Source: a bacterium
GTDB taxonomy: Bacteria > Patescibacteriota > Minisyncoccia > Ryanbacterales > GWA2-47-10b
Assembly: GCA_027624915.1 (NCBI GenBank)
Contig: JAQBTR010000001.1
Location: 35,609 to 99,608 of the forward strand
Reading direction: 5' to 3'
Length of the DNA stretch: 64,000 nucleotides
In this document: positions 47,325 through 55,502 of the stretch, in pieces
How positions within the stretch are numbered: the first letter of the stretch is position 1
How the letters are laid out: each line of letters begins with the position of its first letter
Program-made: the position numbers and the translations under genes
Notes under the pieces: model-generated
Seen by the model: the letters and a program-made list of their open reading frames with translations, nothing else
Told to the model about the DNA's origin: nothing
Databases searched by the model: none

Positions 47325-48296
47325 CTATCCCTGACTTTTTTTGTTAGATAGGCTAGATAATATTTTTTCAACCGCCTTTATATCATCATCTTTTAATATA
47401 GAGAGACCCATTACCTTTTTGCTGTGTTTTTTGAGGATCGTTATTTTTTTCTTAAGCTCCTTTTCGTCTACTTCGTCACTTTTGCTTACAAATATATATT
47501 CTGGCTTGTCCATTAGTTCTGGATTATGTGCTTTGAGTTCTTTTCGTATTGTTTTGTAGTCGGCAACTGGAGTGGTGGATTCCGCGGATATAAAATGAAA
47601 TAACGTGCCAGTTCGTTCTACATGGCGCAAAAATTTTATTCCGAGACCCTTCCCTTTCGAGGCCCCCTCAATAAGTCCTGGGATGTCAGCTAAGATGAGG
47701 TCATGATATACACCAAGTGCTGGTTCAAGTGTAGTAAATGGGTAGTTAGCAACCTTACTTTGCGTATTGGTGATTTCGTTAATGAGGCTTGATTTGCCAA
47801 CATTTGGAAGACCAACAAAACCAACGTCAGCAATAAGCTTAAGCTCAAGACGTAACTCGAACTCTTCTCCAGGAAGTCCGGGTTGAGTTTGGGTAGGGCT
47901 CGTGTTGGTGGGTGAGCGGAAGCGATAGTTTCCCTTTCCTCCGAAGCCTCCTTTGGCGAACAATGTTTTTTCGCCGATAATTAAAACTTCTATGTCTTTT
48001 TTTGTGGTGAGGTTATGAATGACGGTCCCAACTGGGATTTTAATAACAAGGTCTTCTCCATGAGCACCATCATTGAGTTGTATTTTACCAGCTTCACCAT
48101 CCTCTGCTCTCACTTCTTTTTTGTATCTAAATTGATTCAATAGGTCGATATTGGACGATCCCTCTATATATATATTGCCGCCACGCCCTCCAGAACCTCC
48201 AGTTGGTCCCAAAGCAAGCGCATTCTTATCAAATGCGGACTTTCCAGGGCCACCGTGACCGGCAGCTAATGTGATTGTTATATCATCAATAAGCAT
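47325..48296 (-). CDS. obg: Obg/CgtA GTPase
   Basis: Gly-rich Obg fold, GLPNVGKSS, YPFTTL, DIPGLIEGA. Confidence 0.96.
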   Translation of the reverse strand: MLIDDITITLAAGHGGPGKSAFDKNALALGPTGGSGGRGGNIYIEGSSNIDLLNQFRYKKEVRAEDGEAGKIQLNDGAHGEDLVIKIPVGTVIHNLTTKKDIEVLIIGEKTLFAKGGFGGKGNYRFRSPTNTSPTQTQPGLPGEEFELRLELKLIADVGFVGLPNVGKSSLINEITNTQSKVANYPFTTLEPALGVYHDLILADIPGLIEGASKGKGLGIKFLRHVERTGTLFHFISAESTTPVADYKTIRKELKAHNPELMDKPEYIFVSKSDEVDEKELKKKITILKKHSKKVMGLSILKDDDIKAVEKILSSLSNKKSQG

Positions 48297-48307
48297 AAAG
48301 TAGTTGT

Positions 48308-48471
48308 GGGGCTACTACCAAACTTCATTTCTACCAAAATCTCTAAATTTCGGCTACAACGTGTCAAAAGTTTTTTACCAATACCTATGGCATTAAGCTC
48401 AAAATTTTTGACTACGTTTCGCTCAAAATTTAGAGACCCTGCTAACGAAAGCAAGTTTAGGAGTAGCCCCA
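48308..48471. repeat. ~163-bp imperfect palindromic element, copy B
   Basis: GGGGCTACTACCAAACTT...AAGTTTAGGAGTAGCCCC(A); TTGT on both flanks. Confidence 0.85.
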
Positions 48472-48524
48472 TTGTAGCGTGTATTGTCTTTAATCCAAAA
48501 AAACATCCTCGCACGTTGCGAGGA

Positions 48525-50150
48525 TTAGAATCGGAGCATTTCGGCTGCTGCATTTCGACCGCAGATTCCCATGACGCCACCACCAGGATGACTAGCCGCT
48601 CCACACAAAAACAGGTTTTTGATTGGAGTTGTATGGTCGGCCCATCCGGCGACAGGTCTAAATGAAAAGAGCTGATGGGGGAGCATTGCCCCCTGAAAGA
48701 TGTTTCCACCAGTAAGACCGTATCTTGCCTCAATGTCAGGTGGCGCGAGCACTTCGCGATGGATGATTGAATTTCTAAATCCAGGTGCATACTGCTCGAT
48801 TTCTTGAGTACACAGATCCCCAAACCATTCGCGCTTATCATCCCACGTTCCGTCTCTTAGCTCGTACGGAGCGTATTGCACAAATATGTTCATGACATGA
48901 TGACCACTTCCTTCAGGTACGAGCGTTTTATCGATACTCGTTGGAAGTGTCATCTCGAGCACGGGTTCGTCGCTTGGATGCCCCATGAGCGCATCATGAT
49001 ATGCTTGCTCTATGTATCTGACATCAGGTGAGATGTGCATCGTACCCATATGGCACTCACCAATCCTGCCACCTGTTGGGAATGCAGTGAATCTTGGAGG
49101 TTCAGAAAGCACAAGATTGATTTTTGCTGATGCGGACGAGTAGTCAATTTTTTCTACTTCCTGTGCGAATAGCACAGGAAGTTCTTTTCGATCAACAAAG
49201 TGTAGAAAGGTATGATTAGCGTCCACGCTTGAAGCAATTTGTCTTGCATTAATGACAGTACCATCTTTGAGTTCGACAGCGCGTGCTTCTCCACCTATGA
49301 CAAAAATTTTGCCGACAGGTGATTCGCGCTTGATATCAACACCCAGGTCAAGACATGTTTTTTTGAGTGCACTGGCCAGTCCGCCCATGCCTCCACGGAC
49401 GTAGCCCCATACTCCACGAGCTCCACCCGCATCTCCCATTACGTGATGCAAGAGTACATAGGCACTACCAGGTGAGGACGGTGGCATGAAGGCGCCAATG
49501 ATGGCGTCTGTTGCGAGCGTTGCTTTGAGTGCATCGGTCTCGAACCATCTATCAAGAATAGGAGTCGCAGCACCTGTCAAAAACCTGATGGCATCCGGAA
49601 CATCATGCCCCAGTGAAATAGCAGACTTAAAGAGGGTAAAGAGTTTACGCGCATCGCGCATTCGTTTTGTGACACCCATCTGACGCCAAAAGTGTCCCAT
49701 TGGTATAATATCGGGAGCCGCCATCTGAATCGCGGGCTCGATTGCATCAGCAATGCGTTCAAGCAATGCTTCGTATGCGGGGTACCTTTCTGCATCAGTT
49801 TTACTAAAGCGCGAAATTTCTTCTTGGTTACGAACCATGTCTGCCCCTAAGATGAGGCTTCGATTATCAAGGAGTGGCGTAAACGAAGATGGTACTCGAG
49901 GTAGGATCTCGAGACCATTTTGCTTAAGTTTGAGACTATCAATGATGTCACTTGGCATGAGACTTAGAACGTATGCGGCAGTTGAGATTTTGTATCCCGG
50001 CCACAACTCTTCAGTTGTCGCCGCACCTCCAAGCACATGACGTCGCTCAAGTACGCAAACCTTCTTACCGGCTTTTGCCAAATAAGCAGCACACACAAGT
50101 CCATTGTGTCCGCCACCAATGATGATCGCGTCGTAGTCATGCTCTTCCAT
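48525..50150 (-). CDS. Phytoene dehydrogenase-like FAD oxidoreductase (start ATG 50150)
   Basis: IIGGGHNGLVCAAYLA, LERR..LGGA, GGMG, GGNIFQG, HPGGGV.G..GRNAA. Confidence 0.9.
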   Translation of the reverse strand: MEEHDYDAIIIGGGHNGLVCAAYLAKAGKKVCVLERRHVLGGAATTEELWPGYKISTAAYVLSLMPSDIIDSLKLKQNGLEILPRVPSSFTPLLDNRSLILGADMVRNQEEISRFSKTDAERYPAYEALLERIADAIEPAIQMAAPDIIPMGHFWRQMGVTKRMRDARKLFTLFKSAISLGHDVPDAIRFLTGAATPILDRWFETDALKATLATDAIIGAFMPPSSPGSAYVLLHHVMGDAGGARGVWGYVRGGMGGLASALKKTCLDLGVDIKRESPVGKIFVIGGEARAVELKDGTVINARQIASSVDANHTFLHFVDRKELPVLFAQEVEKIDYSSASAKINLVLSEPPRFTAFPTGGRIGECHMGTMHISPDVRYIEQAYHDALMGHPSDEPVLEMTLPTSIDKTLVPEGSGHHVMNIFVQYAPYELRDGTWDDKREWFGDLCTQEIEQYAPGFRNSIIHREVLAPPDIEARYGLTGGNIFQGAMLPHQLFSFRPVAGWADHTTPIKNLFLCGAASHPGGGVMGICGRNAAAEMLRF

Positions 50151-50309
50151 CACGATTCCTTTCAATGTTTTTCTAGCTACACACTAAGCCGTGAGTAGTA
50201 TTTGGTCAAATAAAAAAGACACGAGTAAAGCCGCATGTGCGCGCGGCTTTTACAGTTGGACCTAACTCTTTCAATAAAAAAGCCCGCACATGGTGCGGGA
50301 GGGGGGGGG

Positions 50310-50540
50310 TTAGTGAGGAGTTAGGCAAACTCGGTGAGTTTTTCCAGCAGAGTCTTTTACGGCTACAACCACAGGACCCTCACCAGGTTCTAGTGTCTGT
50401 ACCCGTAGTACCGTAGACATATCAGCATCAGGAACGATTGATTCCACGCGTTCCATTTCTTCCACGGTATACGTGGCGAGTCCAGCATCTTCCACTAAAT
50501 CTCGGACTGTTGCTATGAAGTCGTCTTTAGGGTTTGGCAT
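50310..50540 (-). CDS. Small hypothetical protein
   Basis: TTGACT-N17-TATTGT promoter, SD-like AAAGGTG, downstream hairpin plus T-run. Confidence 0.6.
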   Translation of the reverse strand: MPNPKDDFIATVRDLVEDAGLATYTVEEMERVESIVPDADMSTVLRVQTLEPGEGPVVVAVKDSAGKTHRVCLTPH

Positions 50541-50717
50541 GTGCTACACCTTTCTCTTGATGTACCGTAGGACTCCTTTGTGATGTGCAGTTCGAAAAAA
50601 CAATATCATGAAAAAAGCAAAAAGTCAACGGCTCATCATGAGCCGTTAAATATGCTAGTATAAAAACATAGATAAAATAGGACTCGTTTAGTTGGAGATT
50701 ACAATTAATTTTAAAAC

Positions 50718-50954
50718 ATGAAGAAATTAACATGTGTTGATCTTGGTGGTCCTGAGGATTGCCCAGCAGAGTTTGAGGCAGGTACGTTTGATGACATGGG
50801 CGAAAAGTGTAAGTCTCATGTCATGGAAAGGTTCCAGGCAGGAGATGAGGCTCACACGACAGCAATGAACAAGATGAAGAGTGCAACGACCGAACAACAA
50901 CAAGCGATAATGGAGGGGTATCGCAAGAAGTTCCAAGAAACTCCAGACGAGTAA
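50718..50954 (+). CDS. DUF1059-like small metal-binding protein
   Basis: KKLTC.DLGG..C.......T......H........H. Confidence 0.75.
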   Translation: MKKLTCVDLGGPEDCPAEFEAGTFDDMGEKCKSHVMERFQAGDEAHTTAMNKMKSATTEQQQAIMEGYRKKFQETPDE

Positions 50955-50955
50955 A

Positions 50956-51118
50956 GGGACTACTTCAAAACTCCACTTCTGACAAAACTCCTAAATTTCA
51001 GTTGCAGCTAGGTAAAAATTTTTCATCAATACCTCCGGCATTAGATTCAAAATTTTTACCTTCGCTTCACTCGAAATTTAAAATTTTTACCAAGAAAGCG
51101 AGCTTTGAAATAATCCCA
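50956..51118. repeat. ~162-bp imperfect palindromic element, copy C
   Basis: GGGACTACTTCAAAACTC...GAGCTTTGAAATAATCCC(A); TAAA on both flanks. Confidence 0.85.
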
Positions 51119-51119
51119 T

Positions 51120-51151
51120 AAAAAACTCTAGAGTTAACTCTAGAGTTTTTT
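51120..51151. terminator. 32-bp perfect palindrome, probable terminator
   Basis: AAAA-AACTCTAGAGTT-AACTCTAGAGTT-TTTT. Confidence 0.6.
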
Positions 51152-51213
51152 TGTCCATTAAAATAAGTTATCCAGTGCTGACATAATGAGCTCTTTGGGT
51201 TATCTTGGTCTCT

Positions 51214-51567
51214 ATGAAATCAGCACAAGAAATTTTCGATCGGATGCAAGAGGTTAAAGTCGAACAGCGCGAGCTACGCCGAGCGTATAAAGATACGCTT
51301 GATAACATGACTGACTACAGAGAACTAGTAGACCAGTACAACAAGGCCAGAGACAAAAAACTATCTATAGAGCACAAAGTTAAGCAGGATTCGGCTAACG
51401 AATTCGCCAAGCTCGAGACCATGAAGATGAATCTTAAGAGCGACCAAGAGATGTTAAGTGATATCGCGCTTACAACTATGATGAAGGGGGAGCAGGTGGA
51501 AATAACTGACCAGCACCAAAACGAATACGAACCAGTATTTTCAGTAAAGTTCAAAAAAAGGACCTAA
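51214..51567 (+). CDS. Coiled-coil hypothetical protein
   Basis: Helical body ending YEPVFSVKFKK; ATG 51214 preferred. Confidence 0.75.
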   Translation: MKSAQEIFDRMQEVKVEQRELRRAYKDTLDNMTDYRELVDQYNKARDKKLSIEHKVKQDSANEFAKLETMKMNLKSDQEMLSDIALTTMMKGEQVEITDQHQNEYEPVFSVKFKKRT

Positions 51568-51725
51568 AATTCAACGGCTCACCACAAGGGCATTTCCATT
51601 TTTATACTCTTTCCAGCCGTTAAAAATTAGGTCACATATATAAGCCGTTGAATTTTTGCATGAGAAAAGCCACCCATCGGGGTGACTTTCGCAGATCGGC
51701 TAGGACTCTGCGGATCCTTAGGTCT

Positions 51726-51935
51726 TCAGGCGATGTTGATGGTTTGCGGTATACTTCCGACGCCATCTTCACACCATGGGCCGGAGTCACCGAACATTTT
51801 GTGAGGTGCTATGACCCAGTTCATTTCCTCGCCATGGCCGGACTCCTCGAGCTCTTCTTGTTCGATGCTCGAGAGGCTGGCCGGGATGATTTGGTGCACA
51901 GACTGACACGAACAGCACACTCCTTCTTTTGTCAT
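51726..51935 (-). CDS. Small Cys/His-containing acidic protein
   Basis: Purine-rich AGGAAAG before the ATG; CCSC..H...H...C; hairpins downstream. Confidence 0.45.
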   Translation of the reverse strand: MTKEGVCCSCQSVHQIIPASLSSIEQEELEESGHGEEMNWVIAPHKMFGDSGPWCEDGVGSIPQTINIA

Positions 51936-52008
51936 GAGCTTTCCTGTTCGATTCCGCTTTTACCTATCCACCAACAAAAAACACGGACACAAGGTCCGTA
52001 TTTTTTAT

Positions 52009-52351
52009 TGGTGGAGACGGGCGGAATCGAACCGCCGTCCGAAGAGTAATATAGAAAGAATTTGTTACAAGCTTGTCTAGTTTTTAAGGCTAGAGGTTTG
52101 CTCGATGGGGTGTCGCGATACCGTATCGAGCAGTAGTATCGCCAAGCTCGAATTTATAACACCGGTTACCAGACAGTCGAGCGCCAACTGGGCCGATGGC
52201 CTATGCTATTTAAGCGTAGGCGGGTACGAGCTCTCGCTCGCCAAATAAGTTTGCACTTATCAAGTACACGGACAGTTTTGAAAGAGTTAGCCGTGTCGGC
52301 TCTTGCTTGATCCCTAATATAAAAGCTTCCCCGTCGAAGCCTAGCGTCCCC
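52009..52351 (-). ncRNA. ssrA: tmRNA; tag ANLFGERELVPAYA (52254-52210)
   Basis: 5' GGGGACG pairs with 3' CGTCTCC-ACCA with a G3.U wobble; T-loop GGTTCGATTCC; ATAAGT-GCA resume context; adjacent to smpB. Confidence 0.95.
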
Positions 52352-52422
52352 CGCGCACGATTGATAATGCATCAAAAGAAATGCTTCAATCATGCGCGGC
52401 GAAAGCCAGACATACGCTTTGT

Positions 52423-52866
52423 TTATTCGTACTTGAGAGTTCGGCTGATGTTGCGGTCAGACTCACGCTTTTTAATCTTGTCGCGTTTGTCGAACTTCTT
52501 TTTACCACGTCCAACACCAAATTCAAGTTTTAAGTTTCGACCCTTATTATACAACGAAATAGGCACTAATGTCAAGCCCTTCTCGTGCTCTTTTCCAGCC
52601 AGATAGCTAAGCTCTTTTTTACCTAAAAGAAGCTTGCGCGTACGTCCTACATCATAGTCACTTGGAGTGTTTGCTGATTGGTATGGTGGCACATGTCCTC
52701 CAATTAAAAATGCCTCACTTCCGCGGACAATCACGCGAGCTCCATCGAGCTTTGCATCTCCGCGTCTGATTGCTTTTACTTCATATCCAAAAAGCTCGAT
52801 GCCTGCTTCGAACTTCTCAAGAATCTCATAATCAAAATAAGCTTTTTTGTTTGATGCTAGTGCCAT
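52423..52866 (-). CDS. smpB: SsrA-binding protein
   Basis: NKKAYFDY, EAGIEL.G.EVK, RKLLL, GKKKFDKR. Confidence 0.97.
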   Translation of the reverse strand: MALASNKKAYFDYEILEKFEAGIELFGYEVKAIRRGDAKLDGARVIVRGSEAFLIGGHVPPYQSANTPSDYDVGRTRKLLLGKKELSYLAGKEHEKGLTLVPISLYNKGRNLKLEFGVGRGKKKFDKRDKIKKRESDRNISRTLKYE

Positions 52867-52938
52867 ACCTTTAATATAGTATATGTAACGAAATTACGTT
52901 AGAGTAGGGCTATTAGCGACGTATGGCTCGTATTTCCT

Positions 52939-54540
52939 ATGAATATCAACCCAAGACAGGCCGTAAAGGAATTACTATCCAAGGAAATCGGGGACGATGT
53001 CCATTTTTCGGTTGAAATCCCTGAGGTTAAGGGTCGTGGTGACTACTCTACTAATATAGCACTCGCTCGCGCCAAGGTTGAGGGCAAGAATCCTATGGAT
53101 ATGGCCAAAGAGTGGTCAAAAGAGCTTGCTGACAAACACCCTGAGATATTTAGTGAGGTAGTACCACTAGAGCCAGGTTTCATTAATATGCACTTGGCTC
53201 CCAAATATATTTGGAAGCAGGTTGAGGGTTTTCGTAAACGAAAGAAAGCCAAGCGAAAGGGTAGGGCATCAGTTGAGTTTATCTCAGCTAACCCAACAGG
53301 ACCTTTACATATAGGAAATGCGAGGAGTGGTCCAATTGGTGATACCATTTCGAATGTTTTGATGGAGGATGGATACAAAGTAAAAAGAGAATATTTGCAT
53401 AATGACGCGGGAGCTCAAATTGATCGTTTTGGTGAAAGTTTGTGGCACTGGTACCAAGTGGCCATTAATAAACCAAGCGAACTTCCGGAACATGGATATG
53501 AGGGCGAGTATGTAAAAGAAATAGGGCGCGAAGCCGAAGAAAAATTTGGTAAGGAACTTAAAGGTAAGAAGGGGCAAAAAGTGGTAACCGAAATGGCTCT
53601 CGCCAAATTCGAAAAAGAAAATTTTGATGTAATGCGTCACATGGGGGTTGAGTTTGATCTTGTAACCAAAGAAAGCAAGCTCGTCAAGACCAAGACCAAA
53701 AAAGCAATCGAAGATTTGCGCGAGAAGGGACTCCTCGAAGAAAAAGAGGGAGCTACATGGTTTGTACCAAAAGACGAGCACCTCAAGGACCGTGAGACTG
53801 TAGTTATCAAGGGAGATGGCACCTATTTATATTTTGCGAATGACATTGCGTATCACCGCGAAAAGTTTAAAAAAAATGACTTTGTTATTGATATTTTGGG
53901 TGAGAACCATGAGGGGCACGTACCTAAGCTTAAGGCTGTTGCTAATGCCTTTGGTTTTGATGAGAGTAAGTTTGAAGTGCTTATCTATGGTCAGGTTACA
54001 GTCAAGGATGGAGACAAGGTTATATCTATGTCCAAGCGAAAGGGGAACTTTGTAACAGCCGAAGAAGTATTAGAAGAAGTTGGAGTAGATGCCTTTCGAT
54101 ATTTTATGCTTCAGTACGCCCCACGTTCGGGTATGAAGTTCGATCTTGAGCTTGCAAAACAGCAGTCAAAAGTTAATCCTGTCTACTATATACAGTACGC
54201 GCATGCACGCGCTTGTAGTATTTTGGCTAAGGCTGAGACCGAGACACCAGCAAAACCAAAATGGAAAGTACTTGGTACAACACACGAACTCGAGCTTATA
54301 AAAAAATTGATTAGATATCCAGAAATGATGGAAGAAATAGCTCACAGTTTTCAGGTACAGCATTTGGCAAAGTATGCGCACGATTTGGCGCACGCATTCA
54401 CTCGATTTTATGAAAGCACTAAAGTGATTGGCGCTGACGGTGAGCTAGAAGCAAATAGAATCGCACTTGTTACCTTGACTCGCGATACCATCGCACATCT
54501 TTTGAGTCTCATGGGCATCTCAGCCCCAGAACACATGTAG
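52939..54540 (+). CDS. argS: Arginine--tRNA ligase
   Basis: SANPTGPLHIG, MSKRKG, YIQYAHAR, APEHM. Confidence 0.97.
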   Translation: MNINPRQAVKELLSKEIGDDVHFSVEIPEVKGRGDYSTNIALARAKVEGKNPMDMAKEWSKELADKHPEIFSEVVPLEPGFINMHLAPKYIWKQVEGFRKRKKAKRKGRASVEFISANPTGPLHIGNARSGPIGDTISNVLMEDGYKVKREYLHNDAGAQIDRFGESLWHWYQVAINKPSELPEHGYEGEYVKEIGREAEEKFGKELKGKKGQKVVTEMALAKFEKENFDVMRHMGVEFDLVTKESKLVKTKTKKAIEDLREKGLLEEKEGATWFVPKDEHLKDRETVVIKGDGTYLYFANDIAYHREKFKKNDFVIDILGENHEGHVPKLKAVANAFGFDESKFEVLIYGQVTVKDGDKVISMSKRKGNFVTAEEVLEEVGVDAFRYFMLQYAPRSGMKFDLELAKQQSKVNPVYYIQYAHARACSILAKAETETPAKPKWKVLGTTHELELIKKLIRYPEMMEEIAHSFQVQHLAKYAHDLAHAFTRFYESTKVIGADGELEANRIALVTLTRDTIAHLLSLMGISAPEHM

Positions 54541-54582
54541 AGGGTTTGCCACTTACAGAGATTTCCTATATCTTATTTTTAT

Positions 54583-55269
54583 ATGGATATACAAGACCCA
54601 AAGCACATGATAGGCGCATTTCTAGTAATAGTAGTAGTTTTTGCCGGAGGTGTATTTTTATTAAAAGGTAGTGACACCACAGTCGATACTAATAACCAAG
54701 GTCGTGGCGGGGCTATGACCGATGAAGTAACAGCTATGACAGACAAATTAAAAGAGGCATTATCAGAAACAGTTAAAGTAACTATTTCTACAGAGAAGGG
54801 TGACATCAAATTGGATCTATATCCAAAGGTAGCACCAAAGACAGTAGAGAACTTTACCAAGCTCGCACGTGATGGATTCTATGATGGGATTACATTCCAC
54901 CGAGTTATTCAAGAATTTATGATTCAAGGTGGTGACCCAGACGGAACTGGTTCGGGCGGACCTGGTTATAGCTTTGAGGATGAAATTAATCCAGAGTTTC
55001 TTGGTCTCCCATCAGAAGCAATTGCGGCCAACGAAGCACGAGGATATGTGTACAACAAAGACCTAGTATCTTTGCCGAACCTCCCAGGCTCACTTTCAAT
55101 GGCGAACGCTGGCCCAAACACAAATGGTAGCCAATTTTTCATCATCACACGTGAAGCACAATCACACCTCGACGGACTCCACACGGTTTTCGGTCAGGTT
55201 GTTGAAGGCATGGATGTTGTCCTAAACATCGCTCAGGGCGACAAGATGACCAAGGTAACAGTTGAGTAG
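54583..55269 (+). CDS. Membrane-anchored cyclophilin-type PPIase
   Basis: [36 protein letters not shown]. Confidence 0.95.
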   Translation: MDIQDPKHMIGAFLVIVVVFAGGVFLLKGSDTTVDTNNQGRGGAMTDEVTAMTDKLKEALSETVKVTISTEKGDIKLDLYPKVAPKTVENFTKLARDGFYDGITFHRVIQEFMIQGGDPDGTGSGGPGYSFEDEINPEFLGLPSEAIAANEARGYVYNKDLVSLPNLPGSLSMANAGPNTNGSQFFIITREAQSHLDGLHTVFGQVVEGMDVVLNIAQGDKMTKVTVE

Positions 55270-55324
55270 TTAATACTTAAGTAATAAAAAATGCCGGAGT
55301 CTCCGTTTGAGGCTTCGGCTTTTG

Positions 55325-55429
55325 CTAATTGACACGCAATACGGTACCAAGAATGCTGAGAGCGATGTCTACCATCGCGGTGATAGGCCCTCGGTGAAGA
55401 GGGCGTTTGACCTCCTCTGTTGTTGGCAT
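55325..55429 (-). CDS. Possible 34-aa peptide MPTTEEVKRPLHRGPITAMVDIALSILGTVLRVN
   Basis: Fills the intergenic gap and ends beside the hairpin at ~55290-55323. Confidence 0.3.
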   Translation of the reverse strand: MPTTEEVKRPLHRGPITAMVDIALSILGTVLRVN

Positions 55430-55502
55430 TGCTGACGATTGATGAATATTCTTCGTGTTCTGATTTGTTGAATAATAACTAAATTTTTAGTACACTGACC
55501 TC

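Noticed and set aside
48278-48841. ORFs 48306-48665 (+) and 48278-48841 (-)
   Set aside because: They run through the palindromic element and overlap real genes in shadow frames.
50301-50309. G9 tract as a phase-variation switch
   Set aside because: It lies between a stop codon and terminator, not in a coding frame or promoter spacer.
41633-52009. Genomic island integrated at the tmRNA 3' end
   Set aside because: No integrase and no duplicate of the ssrA 3' end was found, and core obg lies inside the region.
51648-52606. ORFs 51648-52049, 52166-52393 and 52307-52606
   Set aside because: They overlap tmRNA or smpB and have no protein motifs.
55290-55500. T-box leader upstream of ileS
   Set aside because: No T-box consensus was seen, and ileS has TACACT 6 nt before ATG, implying no leader.
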